From: Ptychomitrium polyphyllum | Lineage: Eukaryota | Assembly: GCA_973851085.1 (NCBI GenBank) | Contig: OZ316775.1 | Location: forward strand, 13,888,001-13,952,000 | Direction of reading: 5' to 3' | Length of the DNA: 64,000 bases | Part shown: positions 22,871 through 36,800 of the stretch, in pieces | Layout: each line of letters begins with the position of its first letter | Numbering within the stretch: position 1 is the first letter of the stretch | Translations under genes and position numbers: made by a program | Notes under the pieces: generated by a model | What the model was told of the DNA's origin: nothing | The model's database searches: none | What the model saw: the letters and a program-made list of their open reading frames with translations, nothing else

Positions 22871-23721
22871 ATACTGCTCATTCAGTTTGGAATTTTGTTC
22901 ATTCAGTTTGGAATTTGCGATCTGACTCGAAACTTAGGTCTGGAGGTAAAGTTATATCCATATAGTAACGACAAAAAACACTACACGTCGTTCATATTTT
23001 CTAGGTGATAACGTCTGAATAGTTTTGTACAATACGTTCAAGTACTTATGGGTGGTAAGCAAGAGTCTCAAACATACCCAGATTCTTGAGGAATAATGTG
23101 TCACCTCCATGAGTTCATTGATCGCCATTTCTGGACGTTATAAAATTTCGTGACACCTGAAGATCCTCATGTCGCTGCCACTTCTTAAAGCAACTGTCTT
23201 GCAAGCATCATAATCAGTAGTGTATGGATACTCGAAGTCAAAGTCAAGCCAGATACGAGTTACTTCAAAACAAGAACACATTCATTCATATAAAGATGAT
23301 AGTGACGACGAAGCAAGACAAAGTATAACAAGCCACCAAAAACTTACGAGTGGTGGAATCATTCAAGCCCAATTTGAAAACGAATTCAAATCATTTGAGA
23401 TCATTCTAATAACCACTAAGAAGTAATGCTGCCGGAAAAACTCTAGCGAATCTCTCTCTAGCTGCTGCCATTCGCTAAGTACATCATCCCCTGCCCAAAT
23501 AGCGGATAATCACTTCCAAAGCGGAAGAAAATCAATGTTTTCTGCTGGGCAACGTAATAACCAAACCCCCAGAACTAGCTCCAGAATCTCGTTACTTGGA
23601 ACATATGTTACTGTATAAAGGCGACATCTAACAGCTAAGCCTCTGAGACCAAGAGCATGGATGGCTCCTTAAGTGCACTAAACATACACCCATATCAAAA
23701 ACCTCCTCTGCCTCTAAAGCC

Positions 23722-24282
23722 CTAAAGATCATCCTCCATCCGCAGATACTCCCCTAGGTCGGCTTGATGCAGCGCCACAATGTCATTAGGGTCCAGCTTC
23801 CTGCAATCTTGTGTCGACTTCGCTGCGACCCCAAACCCTAGTGGCACATCAGACATAGAAAATATCACTACTCCCTGGTACTGCGCAGTGTTATCCGTTA
23901 TTCGCCCCAACCCGCTCTTCAACACGTGATTCCCATACAAAAACGACATCTCCGCGGACGGCTTCAGCCATATCTTATGCTTGGCATGCGCGGCGAGAAG
24001 GTCCAAACACGTCACCGTGAGGCGAAATTTACCGCTCTTGGTGAACTTCCCCAAGCACGTCCCTAACCCAAACAGCTTCTCCCGGCCTACATTGGTCGCC
24101 CTCCGCACGAGCGCGTCGCTGACATAGTAACACCTCTGCTTGTGGAGACGGAAGACGTAGCCTCCCTTACCGTCAGGCCCCTCGTGCGACGGCCGCTCCA
24201 GCACATGCTTGAGGTTGCTGCCAACGAATTTGTGCAGCTTCTCCAGTACTTGGGTCATCTCGGCTTCATCTAGAGGACGCAT
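23722..24282 (-). CDS. NIP7: 60S ribosome subunit biogenesis protein NIP7 (PUA domain), 186 aa, single coding exon
   Basis: MRPLDEAE start, [61 protein letters not shown]. The ATG is at 24282; the ORF-track start at 24315 is a non-ATG codon. Confidence 0.97.
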   Translation of the reverse strand: MRPLDEAEMTQVLEKLHKFVGSNLKHVLERPSHEGPDGKGGYVFRLHKQRCYYVSDALVRRATNVGREKLFGLGTCLGKFTKSGKFRLTVTCLDLLAAHAKHKIWLKPSAEMSFLYGNHVLKSGLGRITDNTAQYQGVVIFSMSDVPLGFGVAAKSTQDCRKLDPNDIVALHQADLGEYLRMEDDL

Positions 24283-24639
24283 TTCGAGAAAAGTTGCGAA
24301 TTCAGAGACTCTCACCCTACAGTAGAGTGCAAAGAAAACCGATCCCGAAACAAGCGCAAACCAAACTGTGAGAGTCCGCCTCCCGTGAAGATATCCGAGG
24401 ATTCGGGTTTAGAGAATAAGGGTTTCTGGAAACTGCGGGAGCCCTAGGTCGGGACAGGACGACCAATTCCGTACGGAACTGTCGTCCTCATTCACACCGC
24501 TGTGCGAGTTTTCCATGTCGGCGCGTTCACACTCTCGCTTGTATACCATTATGGTTTGCAAGGCGTCAACATTTCTGAGGAACCATTAACATTCTTTAGC
24601 AGTTGGGGTAGATCACCTCTCAAGAAAAATTGGAATATA

Positions 24640-27350
24640 AGGTAGAATAAACTATTAATATTAGAATTTCATGGTCACTAGTTTTTAAAAGATTAAAAAT
24701 TATCATGTGAATTAATCCTTAGAAACTTCAGGTAGCCATTATGGTCAAAATTTGTTGTATTTAAATTTAAAAACTATGACATTTACCTCTTTTTAAGCAA
24801 AATACTATTGAAGATAAAAGCATTATAAATCTATTGCCATATAAGACTATTGAATGAAAGCTAATTAACATCTTTTTTTGAAAAAAACATTAAAATTGGG
24901 CTACAATCTAATTTTTAGGTATAAATTTGTAAAATGGAAATGTTTTGGATCTTATAAGGCTTATATTTTGTGGCAATTGGTTGTTCTTTGATGGAAGTAT
25001 TGTCCCAATAGTGGAGAATGAAAATGGATGTAAATAAGGGAATAATTAGTTAAGAAAAAAATAAGAGTAGTGTATGTATGTTTACTTTAGAATTGCAAGT
25101 AGTGAACAACAATTCTTTTTGCAAGTGTGGATTATTTTCTTTCAAGAAAGTGGCATGAATTTGTATTTTGTTTCTTTATATATATAACATAAAGGGCTAT
25201 TTAAATCATTTCTAATAATGAAAATTGATGGTTTTGGCATTCTTTAAATCTTTGCAATTTAAACTTCTATAAAAGTTTCTATCATATTATTAGTCTTCAT
25301 TTCTTGAAGTAATCATTGTTACACGCAATTTAAATTGATTTTATTGCATTGTCTTATTTGAAAACTATTTCTTGCAAATATAACCCTTGACTTTAAATGC
25401 ATGTCAAAAAACTTATGTAAAATAGTTGAAATTCTTTCTGTTATTTCATCATACTTGTAATGCCATAAAAAACAATCAATATTTGCAATATAATACCATT
25501 GTCACAAAGAAACATATTTTTTGTTGTTTATTGCAATTTTTAGATTTCTCATTGCAAAGTATACAAATGCAAGCACCATTGTAATTGCTTCCTACATTGG
25601 TATTATGCACCACAAAGTAATTGTGCATTGAAAATAAAAAAGCGGGCAAATCCACTATTTTAATTTATATTAACTTTTAATTGAATTTCCTATTTTAAAA
25701 AACTTTATTGGAGTATATTACAAGCATTCATTTAAAAAAGTATATGGAACCAATTTATACCAAGTTTTTATATATTAAACATCATATTTTTTTTGAAGGC
25801 CAAAAATACTTTTGGCTTTCTTTAATATGTTTCAACCATGGAATGAAAGCCAAATCCATTTTTCCAAAGTTTGCGCTTCCATTTTATTGCAAGAATATAG
25901 CAAGTAAGCTATAAATTCCATTAGTCTTTTAAGGAATTACCACCAAATTTTTATTAATGATAGTTTAAACTTTGTGAATGGTAATAATTTGTTGAAATAG
26001 AATGCAAATTGAATCACAAAATAATAATGATGGACAAGAAGGCAAACTTATACTAGTATAGGAGGAAAAACATGCCTTAGACATGAACTTAATGCATGGT
26101 GGTAATTGAATGCAATTTGAATAATTATGCATTCATTAAATAGTGGTTATTGATTATTTTTGGATGGATAATGGATTAAATAAGTAGTAGTTTTGGTCTT
26201 TAATAAAAACTCCCTTTTAAAAATGTATTTGGTTATATTGGATTTTAAATCTTATTTTCTATTCACAAATAATTTTTTTTTGAAAGTTTATATAATATTT
26301 ACAAAAGATAGCATTCTTTATTGCAATAATAATGGATTGTTCCAACTTAGATTAATTTATTTATGATTTATATTTGTCATATTGGCATTTCTTTTTACCA
26401 AAATTTAGTTAATATTAATATTGATATTAGTCTATATACCAATTAAATATCATAAGCTTCACTTCTAAACCATATTATATTTGAAAATTTGATTGAAAAT
26501 TAGGATTTAATTGGTTTAGATTTTATTTTGCAAGTATCATACACCTATTAGTCAGTTAATATATAATTGGAACATCCACCTAATAATAATAGCAAAATAT
26601 ATAATTTCGGCTTTAAAAAATTAAACATGGTTAATATTATGAAAGAAGGAGAGAGAAGGATTGATTTAATTTACTTTTAAAACTTATTTTTTAGGACATT
26701 ATGTGATTAAATTACAAATATTTGGAATAAACATGCTTAAAATTGTTATAAACATTCTTTAGCAATTGAAGCAACTTTTTTCATTTTGAAAATTGAAAAT
26801 TGAATTGTAAATGTTTCAAAGAATTAACATTGGAAAAAAGTATTTAAAAATATACTAAATATTTTTATAAATGGATTTCAATATATTTAATGTTATAAAT
26901 TTCAAAAAAAAATTCAATCAAATTTTCTATTATCCTTCTATACCTTATATATTCTATGTGGTTGCTTTTGCATTTGTTTGAAATGAATTGCAAGATTTGC
27001 TTCTTCCATTGCAATTGTACATGTGATTTTAATGAACTTTAACTTAAAATTGAAATAAGATCTAGATGGCATTCATAATACTTTAATACATTTATCATTT
27101 TACATTCATTCAAAATATTTTAAAATTTGATATTTTAAAAATATATCTTTTGAAATTTAAAAATCCTTCTGAATTAATACTTCTGAATGAAGATTTTAAA
27201 ATAAAATACAAATTAGTTATTTGACAACTAACATCCAAAACAACAAATCTAGGAAAAATATAATATCATGAATCTCCATTTAGTAAATATTTATCTGTCA
27301 ATCACAATAGACAAGAAATTTGTTTAATACATTGAGGAGAATCAATTAAC
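24640..27350. other. AT-rich, CpG-depleted decayed block
   Basis: Same composition as 17230-21440, with no credible ORF. Confidence 0.55.
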
Positions 27351-27679
27351 GTACTTCCATCATCCTAGTTTGATAGACTTTTATTAAAAGTCTCTCTTCA
27401 TAACCTTTTCTTTATGCTACATGACAGAGATATTCTAAAAGAAAATCTACACCTCCATATCACACCATACCATGCTTGGCATCCTCTCTCTGGAACCTAA
27501 GAATAATTTATTTCATAATCACTATTCCTGAATAGAGCACAACTTGTCAGCAAGCACATGTTGAAAAGAACGTTACGTTGACTCGATGAACCTTTTTCAC
27601 AAAAGAAAACTTTTTGGTGCCATGAAGAAACTCAGTGGGATACCACGGCTGAAATTGCAAGGAGCTTGTTTCAGCTTGC

Positions 27680-29480
27680 CTTCAAACTCACCTCTAAACT
27701 AGTTTTCGAAGTTTTCTAGCCGCTCAAGATTTCTACCATGAGTACTGCGAACGATTTACTATCTGCGCATGACGTTCAACATGAGTCACACTTGGAATCC
27801 ACTGTTGAGAGAGGCCATGAGGTTGTGGGAGCTCAATAGTTGAGGAGCAATTGATCGGTTTAATTCCTGGAAGCAGTGGCGCATCTAGAGATAGCTCCTA
27901 ACATTGGGGAGCCTGCTCAGTCCAACAAATGGTGCTGTCGGTAACCGGCATGCACGCATGGCACTGTGCGTCACTTTACCGACATAGGTGTCTGCGCTGC
28001 AATGACCACCACGTTTGCTCATGTACTGAACTGTGCAGAGATTTAGAAGTCCTGTTTCAGTACTGGTGGTTGTGAGAGTTTTTTTTCAGGTCCTCGTCGT
28101 CGCACTAGTGCAGTGTGATCTATTTCTCTTGTGTTGGTGCGGCTCCTTGTCAAGTTCGTTTCGAAGAAGCCAGATTTTGGAGCTAGATACTTTGTGTGCA
28201 GACAAGTTAGTAGCTACCTGCATCGTTTGCAACTTGATGATTGTACTGTGTTGAGGGGGTTGTTCTCTGTAGTGATCGTTCCTGTACTGCTTCACCTGAA
28301 CGTGTTCTTGGTTTGCAGCGTATGCTCTCCAAGGTCAGTCCCTTCAAAGGCTGCCTTTCTCTGCGATGGATACATATCAGTTTAGTGTAGGCATGGTGGA
28401 AGTGAGTCAGAGAAGATGAGCAGGGAAGGAGCCCTTCCGAGGATCGCTGCTAACGAGGAGAACGCATTCGTCTGGCCTGGATTGTCCAAGAATGTCCAAA
28501 GCAAGGTGCTCAGCTCATGCGAGATTTGTGCCAAATGCGATGCGTGTGCAGAGAATGGTGCGACGTCATCCATTACCGTGACTTTCGCAGCATGTGCGAC
28601 ACGGTGAACAGCTCCGAAAGGCCTAGACCTGCAATCTGCTACTTGGAGTCGTGGTATCCGGTTCGTCTAGAATGATCTATGTACGAAAATTATAATAGAG
28701 ATGAGTAGTCTTCCTTTACGTCAGAGCAGCCTTAGGACACTTAATGTTCACCTTCACCAATATTTTGCAACTCCTTGTTAGCCGGTTGGAGGACTTCTGT
28801 GCCTGCACCGCTGGACAGTCTCTCGAGGCCGGATCCTTCCTTGATGGTGGTGTGAGTTCTTGGACAATGTGGCATCCTTTTAGAAACAAGTGAAAGAGAC
28901 TTCCTTCTGCAAGCATAAAGTAGGCGCCATAGCACCTTTCTTCGTGCATGCTTTTTGTCTCGGATGGAAAAAGACAAATGTACAAGATCTTGATGGCTTT
29001 TGTTTCTCGGATCCACAACCACTTCGTTGATGAGGATCTCCTTGAGAGCAAAGGTTGGTGACCGAGATCTATGATTCCGCTACTGGAATGTGGACAGATG
29101 GTGCTGAGCATACTCTCAGCCTGCAGTCATTGCGTACGACGGCCGGCAGATGACGATTAGGGGTCACGAACGGGGTTGTGAGACCCTTCGTCGAATGGGA
29201 CCCTGAGACGAGAACATGGAAGGATACTGGGATTGAGATACCTTGGAAGATACAGATCAAGTTTCAATTTTACTCGGAAGGTTTTGTAATTGTGGCAAGT
29301 GAAAATGATCTTGCGGTTACTGGTTATGCAGAAGATGACAGCTTCAGGATTGCAATGTACATAAGAGCAGACAATTATTAATTGCCTCTACTGGAGCATT
29401 CTCTGATAAGTTTAAGCCTGCTCAAGTAGAAGGGTTGGTTCTGTTGGATTGGAAAGCTTGATGTGTGGGATTTTTTGTAA
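27680..29480 (+). pseudogene. F-box/kelch-like (F-box-associated beta-propeller) pseudogene
   Basis: Colinear motifs typical of plant F-box/kelch proteins: PVGGLLCLH (28782), MWHPFRNK*KRLP (28867; TGA where W is expected), QMYKILMA, frameshifted VTEIYDSATGMW (29058), GVTNGVV and EWDPETRTW. A weak F-box-like stretch (LVFEVF...HTWNPLL) lies at about 27690-27820. Multiple stops and frameshifts. Confidence 0.65.
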
Positions 29481-30883
29481 CCTGCTCCCTGGTTCCTTGA
29501 ATTCCACAATTTCTTACAATTTAAAATTTAACGGGCTCTATTTTACTCTTTGTGTTGTTGAATTAGGGCATGATTTTTGGAGTAAGTTTTGATGCATGCC
29601 CTTGATACTTACCAATGAAAACAAAAGGAGGGACAATCCCATATCAGTGAAGGTTAAGTTTCAACTCGAGAATACGAGAAGCTCTGCATCTAGTTTATAC
29701 CATCGAACACAGTGCTGGCCGAATACTTGAAGCCCATACTGTGAATACATGCACTAAAACATACCTCGGCCTCGTCAAAACGCTTCATTAAAATTAGCAG
29801 TATGATATGGTCAAACCTGCACAAGGGGACAAGTTCGAGCTTAGACCCCTTAATGGCAATCACTCCGTTGAGAATTGCTTATTGTTTTTCTTTGTTTCTT
29901 TTAGACTTCGTTTCATCATACTCTTCACTCCAATTCCCGCTTGATAGTTTGCACGATAACCTCAAAACTTGTCAATCCCGTTCATTATTCCATGGGCTGC
30001 ACATTGAACCTGGCTCTGCACGTCTCGTGTTGGTCGAAAACACTTACGTTAATATGAGGATCTTGTTTGATAGTTAAATTACACAAAATTTGAATTGGAT
30101 AATTCCACCTTTGTATTACAGTGCCCTGGAAGTGCTCCTATGGGAATCTACCGTGGTCATGCGGTTACCCAACAACATTCTTATAAACAAACGGACAAAC
30201 GGCCCCTTGATCCATTTATTTATATACATAGATAATCCATGTTGAGATTCGTCTTGTGGTCCACATTCTTCTGCCAGACACATACAACCTCATGTTAGCA
30301 TATCCAATTACCTGATGTACCAGGAACCTAATAGCTGGAGCCTTTCCAAATAAATAGTTGGAGCATTTGACTCCTCGGCAGGGCACCGTCCAAAGCCTTC
30401 TGTATCCAGCCTGTTCCATGTATCAGGAGCAAGAATATGCCAGCAAGATGGCAATGAACCGCTTGATGAAATTGTTAACCAGATTGCCGCAATTGACAAT
30501 GCTGTGTCCACATGATCATATAGAAGATATCCGCAATGAGTACTGGCTCACACAGACATGAGTCTGCGTGTGTTCCTGCAGATCCCTTGAAGTAGTGTCA
30601 CTCTAATCGTCGCCCAGTTTTCCGACTCGCAGCTCTGTCTGTTGATGCTCAGAGAAAGGCATCCAGACAGCAGTATATACCGTGCATTGAGCTTTTAACC
30701 TGTCTTCCGCTTACCATAGAGGATGACGGATGCCAAGTCATACAACAAATCTTTACCAGGACATGGCTACCTACTACACAGATTATGGACAACACACTGC
30801 AAACTATCAACACGAAGGTTGCATGCAGCATCTCCCTAATCAACTTTGGTTGTTTTGACGAAGCTATTCGAAAGCTGAAGCAC

Positions 30884-33800
30884 TCATGAATCATTGGGCA
30901 GCAAGACAACTACTCTGTAGTTACTTGCGCAAGGAAGCGGCAGAATTCGACGAAGTGATTCTTTCATAGACTCAGTGTTTGTCTCTGCTCTAACAGCTTC
31001 ACGTAACTCATCTTGCGCCTGCGGCCAAATGCACCAAACATGTTAGCCAATTAGTGGCAGCATCCCATGTGGTAACCCACACCTCGGAATATGTAAACTT
31101 ACTGCAGAATGGTTCTTCAACAGCAAGTCAATACTATCAGAGAAGAATACTAGATGTTTGTGTAAAGTCCTCACCTTCATAGGTTCTCCCAAGTCCCCTT
31201 TAAAATATATAGACTGGTAGGCTTGTTTCAATCGATTGATCCAGTATTCGTTATCCTGATTACCAAAGCGCCAGCATTCTCATAAGATAGATCATAACAA
31301 GCATATCTACAACTTAATTAAAGCTGACGAGAATGTTTGATATGAGCTACTAAATCATACCATGCGCAATATATAAAGACATCTTGCAATTCTGCTCATA
31401 TCACGTTTACCTCCTGAGAGTTTTCATACTCCCGCTGGTCAATCTCCAAAACAGTTTCCACGTCGTCATTTTGTGGAAGCTCTTCTTCTTGAAGACGCTT
31501 GATTTCCTCTAAGGTCATATCAATCTGTATTTGATTCATAAACGTAGTGATGAATTCACATACCATCAGGATGGAAGCATAAAAAGCAAATTTCGGGAAA
31601 GTCCATAATGAGCCATGATTGATCAACATGATAGTGATGTTCAGTTCGAATGCCCACGAATAGCCAATTTAAATAGCATTTTGAAGGGGCACGATTTATC
31701 AAGATTATTAATGCAGATGTGAAGTACCGATACTGAAGTGAGTGGTAAAACTACCCTCCCGTGAATCTCCTTCGATATTGACAGGAGCATAATCTACGAA
31801 TGTGAACAGTCTTTTACATATAAGTGTTTACAGGAGTACGTACCAGCTTCCACGGTATGGCTGGATCACAAGTAAAATTAATAGCAACATGTCCAAAAAT
31901 CTCCTCATGGGAAAACGGATTGCTTCCTCCCATGAATGCAGACACATTTGCACTGTACACCTGCCAGGTTTGGCAACATTTCTGATGGTCATTTTCTTAA
32001 AATGATACATTGAAAACTGAAAGGGCAGTTTCATCTTGGTGAGTTTGCTGATTGCTAGTGTCAGCGAGTGTGATCAAGCTCAGCATTGACAGAAACTCTA
32101 CCAGATCAGTTTAAAATTCTATCATTCTTCAATAGCACAAGCACCGTGTAGGTTGTCCAGCATGAAAAATCTATTAATACAAGCAAGAAGTCTTGTCTAA
32201 AAGGACTAAATGAACATGTTCGGGAATGATTCTAGGATCAAGTACCTTCCCATGCTTGAACCGTAGAACTTCCATAATTTTTGTTTGCAGGAACTTGCAC
32301 ATGTAATCTGTCTTCTCCATATCAATGCTCTGAATGAAAATAATAAAAATGCTGTTAAAACTAATTCATGAAGGATTCCAGTGAACAATAAACTTGCACC
32401 AAAACGAAAATTGATCGATCATGTTGTCAAGAGCTACAACTAGGGGCATGATTACTCACCACCTTTGGACCTTGTAAATGGAAAGGAAAAGTGAGATAAA
32501 CTTCACATTGAGCTTCGACCATGTCCATCCGTAATTCTTCTCTGGTAAGGTTAACGCAAATATTTCTCAAGAGGTATGTTCAGGCTCATCGGAGAAAAGT
32601 ATAGATGAATATCATAAAATCTAACCAAGGAAAAAGTGATCTACGCATTTCTGAGAGTATGAGTCTCAAACCATACCTTGTGATCTGTGAAGTAGGAGTC
32701 ACAGCCACAACTTTCAGATTTTCAGGATTGTACTGCATGACTGGCTTCTCTGGCTTCGGAATTCCGCCCTTAAAAAAATCCAACGCAGAGTATCAGGACA
32801 AGAGTTCCTAAATGAAGAAATTCATGCTTCATGGCGATAGCAGTGTAATTTATGACAAACGAAGTAATACATAACAATTGTACACAAATTTGTTAGTAGA
32901 ATGCCATATAGCTCACAGAAAGAAGAAAGGAAAAGCAGATGGTAAGCAGCATAACACCAGGTATTGCAGTATGAGTGGCAAGGCAATCTCGGGGTCGATG
33001 GCTCCAACTAACAGCACTATGAATGTGGAAGGATCCTTGTAACTGTCACTAAAATACTGGCATGCTTCCTTGGGATCCACTTTAGTAAGAGATCCTACCG
33101 TCCACTCCTACCAGTGCACAGCATCCGATCAAAAGCACAATTTAGGACATACGTAATCTTCAACATATAGCCTTTTGCTACAAGAAATGCAAAGAGCGGA
33201 TAAATCTACACGTAACCCTAAACGGTGAACTAACCCTGTAGAAGATGGAATCGCCAAAGTTAACAGCCCTAATCCGATCACAGAATGATGTTTGCGGATC
33301 TCGCTCTTCAGCCTTGATACGTTCAAGACACCTTTGCATCACCAATTTCACTTCTGCTTCGGCTTCGGTAGGGTCCACTTCAGTCACAAACAATTGGTGC
33401 CCAAGCTGGAGCAAAATTCAGCCACCGTATTAAAGGGTTGCTCCACTCTCCTCTCCCTCATTATGCCCAGGTATTTGACAAGTGCATGTTACAACAAATA
33501 CACCTCATATACTGCCGATGTATTTTCGGAGAAACAATATGCAACAGCTGTACCGTAAATTAGTCCTATTTAAATGAATCTGTGAGGTTGCGAACAAAGA
33601 TATTTTGAACTAAGGGAATCTGTTGGATAGCAATTCTTTTGCAGCTCATCAGAGTTCTACATACGTCTTGATTAGAGTGCTTGTGAAGAAATTGAGAGAA
33701 TTTAACCTGTAGAGCTGCTTCGAGGTCAGCTTTTGCACAATCTCCTTCAAAAGAGCGCGTGTAGTAACCAAGTGTCGTATTCCCATAAACATACTTGCCA

Positions 33801-36800
33801 GCTAGTAATTCATTTAGAACAGTTGGTTTGTGGCCATACTCGCCGATTTCACTAGCAATTGGTCTCCCCATTTTGCATGAATAATGGTCGGTTTCATCTA
33901 TTTCAGAGATTCCTCCATATGCAAATCCACGAATGAGGATCTGAAGGGACCAAAATGGATCACAAAGAATCGAGTTAATTTTTTTCACAGACAACTTTTC
34001 ACGAACTTCCATGAAGCCAACCCAACGCACTTGTCCCTATCAAAGCACTACTTCTGCCCCTCTGCCCAGACAATCGACCAGAGCACACTCCCAAGGTATT
34101 GAGAAGCAGATTACATTATATTACAATCACCATATTGGAACAAATTAATTGTGCAATTTTCTCTAGGGACGTTTCACTTCCTCCAATAGCTCAGGTGAAG
34201 TCTTCCATTGAAGTCCCACATTCAACTTGTACTCTGTTTTCTCTCAGAATCTACAAGAGAGGTCAAAGCACGTACCTGTGGAGAAGCCAACTAGAAAGAT
34301 GTAGTGAACACCCACCTCGTCATCATTGAAGTTTGTGCATTTGTAGCACACGCGCATCCCGTTGCTTAGAGTTATTTCTGTTGCTTCAAATTCGGGAGAT
34401 TCCTTGATCTCAACAATAACTCTACACATCTCAAAACCACCAAACATCCAGTTATCCACCCCTCATGTAGATGCACAGTTGTCCAAAGACCACAATGGAG
34501 TCTGCCAAAACCTCTCTACAGTCTAACACCCTATCACATAAACAAAAAGTCATGTTGCTTGTTTAGAGGATACAAGACAGCATGTGATTCTAATTAGCAG
34601 TTCTTCGACGTAGGCAATAGTTCCCTTACCCTGGTGTGGGGAGCTCCTTAACAAGGACATCAGGAATGTTCTCCTCCTCCCAAGTAGCAATGTCACCCTG
34701 TCTTTCCATCTCTGTCACTTTCGCAACAATGGCCTTCAAATCCTCCTCACTCGCAATCGCATGAGGCTCTATCGTTTTTATTACGCAGCTACACGCTGTG
34801 TTGAAGTGGTTCGCAACCTTCGTCACCTCCGTTGCAGAGATGTCTGGAATTGGGAATTAGAATGTGTTAAAGGTCTTAGTGATCCGTAGAGACTGGGAAT
34901 CAGCTTTTAGCTACCTGATGTAGCTCGTAAGGTCCTCCCAATGAGCTCTCTAAGCAAAAATATCAAGGTTCGTGAAACAAATTGAACATCGACAGGAAAA
35001 AATCTGTTAACAATTACGGACCGTCCAGGAGAGTTTTCTGGAGCTGTATTCTGTATTCGGTTGATGGCAGCGCGAATCCAGTTAAGAAGTGCTATAACAC
35101 GAATTTCATTTGGTTAGGGTCAGTGGCCGACAGAGTCTCGTTCATTTTGAACAAATATGAAGTAAGCAAAGAAGCCGATCACTGTTCTCCCGAGCTGAGC
35201 ATTCTACATCTGCAACGCTCTCAAATCGGCAATATGACAAGAATTCAATGCTTCCTAATCACAAAAGCTCTTCGTTCTTCCGTCTAATTAAGTAGCAATT
35301 GATTTAAGAAACTTTATGAGAATGTCAAAACCCTCGTCAACGAGATCAAGAGAAACTCTTAACTTCAACTTAAATTCTTACTGAGTTGTTACTTGCTACA
35401 ATTAATGCAACCTAAATTCGACCACACCAAGGCAGTAGCCTCACCTGGACATATATGCTACGCAATTGTGTGGATTGCCTTTGATCTCTCTGTAAATAAT
35501 CGGTTTTAAGGCACATCATCACCAATGCACGCGCAACTGCTATTTCTCGCTCCGAAAACCCGTGTAATCGTATTCGTGCAAACTTCACATTTTACATAAT
35601 AGCCACGCATGTTAGAACAATGCCTGAACTGAATGCATAAGGCTAATAACCAAAACTGTTGCAGACGAAAATATATCACAACAGCTTCACCTCTATGAGC
35701 AATTGTTCCAGTGCTTGTAATGTTCCTCCCGCGCAGCATGGTGCCTGAAGATTGTAACCCATTGTTGAAAAGGCTAGTGTCTGTGTGTTCGAGACGCCAG
35801 AGAAGAATGGAGGATCTGTTTGCTTTGAAATCCTGAAGAACCTAGAATCCAAAGCAAGAAGGAACATCCATGTAGCCAGGTCCTGACGCACGTCTTGTAC
35901 TGTTTCCTTCGTTAACTTTGGTGCCTTACAGGTTATGTCGACCATTGACTAAATTTCAAAATCACACTTTGAGTGTCAGTAAAAATTGGAACTCAATGGT
36001 GCTTGACAGACATGCGCTCGCTCAACAGCAACACAGGAATTTGAGTTGTCAAAGAAGTGCACTGTTGGTATGCATTTTGTTACCAAATATTGCATACAAC
36101 AGTTATGTTGGACTCATAGCTCACCCACAATCGACTTCAGTTACAAACAATTTTCTATGTCATAATCCTTGGTCCTAGCCCTTGAAATATTTGTGTGATA
36201 TTTATAAAATCACGTGAAATGAATTAGGCGGTGTTATTGCAGTTGAACATCATCTTATATATTTGAGATTTGTTGAAAGTACCAATGATACCTGTTGTAT
36301 ATGCAGGACTCATTCTCTTTTTAATCATGATTGTGCTTCAAACCTCAACCCAACTGGACTCTCTGCAGAGTGGGACATAACTACCATCCCAGTCAAAACT
36401 GTAAGCTGGACATGGACTGTAGGTTCTTTGACGAAAATGAGGAAATGATGTGAACAAGGTATACTTTGTGATACTCATTTCAGTTTAGAAAGTCAAAATC
36501 AAAGCTGAAATAAATAAAGGAAGAAAATAAGGTTAACACGTACCACTACTGCTTCTGGATCTTGATAACATAAGAAGCGTGGTTCATCATGCGGAGGAAC
36601 TGGGAACCTCGGGATTGTGAGAGGACAAGTTGTGTCTTGAACATGACCTTGCTTAGAAGCGAAATGAAGGTCGATAAGCTTGACAACATCCTGAGATAAA
36701 TTGATGAACATTAATTTTAACATGTCCAATGAAGTGAAGTACACCACAAAAATTCAAGGAGAAGGCTGCCGTCAGTCAGTGTGAGCATTTCTTGTACTGA

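Noticed and set aside
22877..22916. 21-bp tandem duplication (TCATTCAGTTTGGAATTT x2)
   Set aside because: Only two copies; ordinary slippage.
31700..31800. Apparent M16 exon (IMLLSISKEIHG or DYAPVNIEGD frames)
   Set aside because: The homologous exon is at 31960-31844 (VYSANVS...FTCDP); this stretch is intron.
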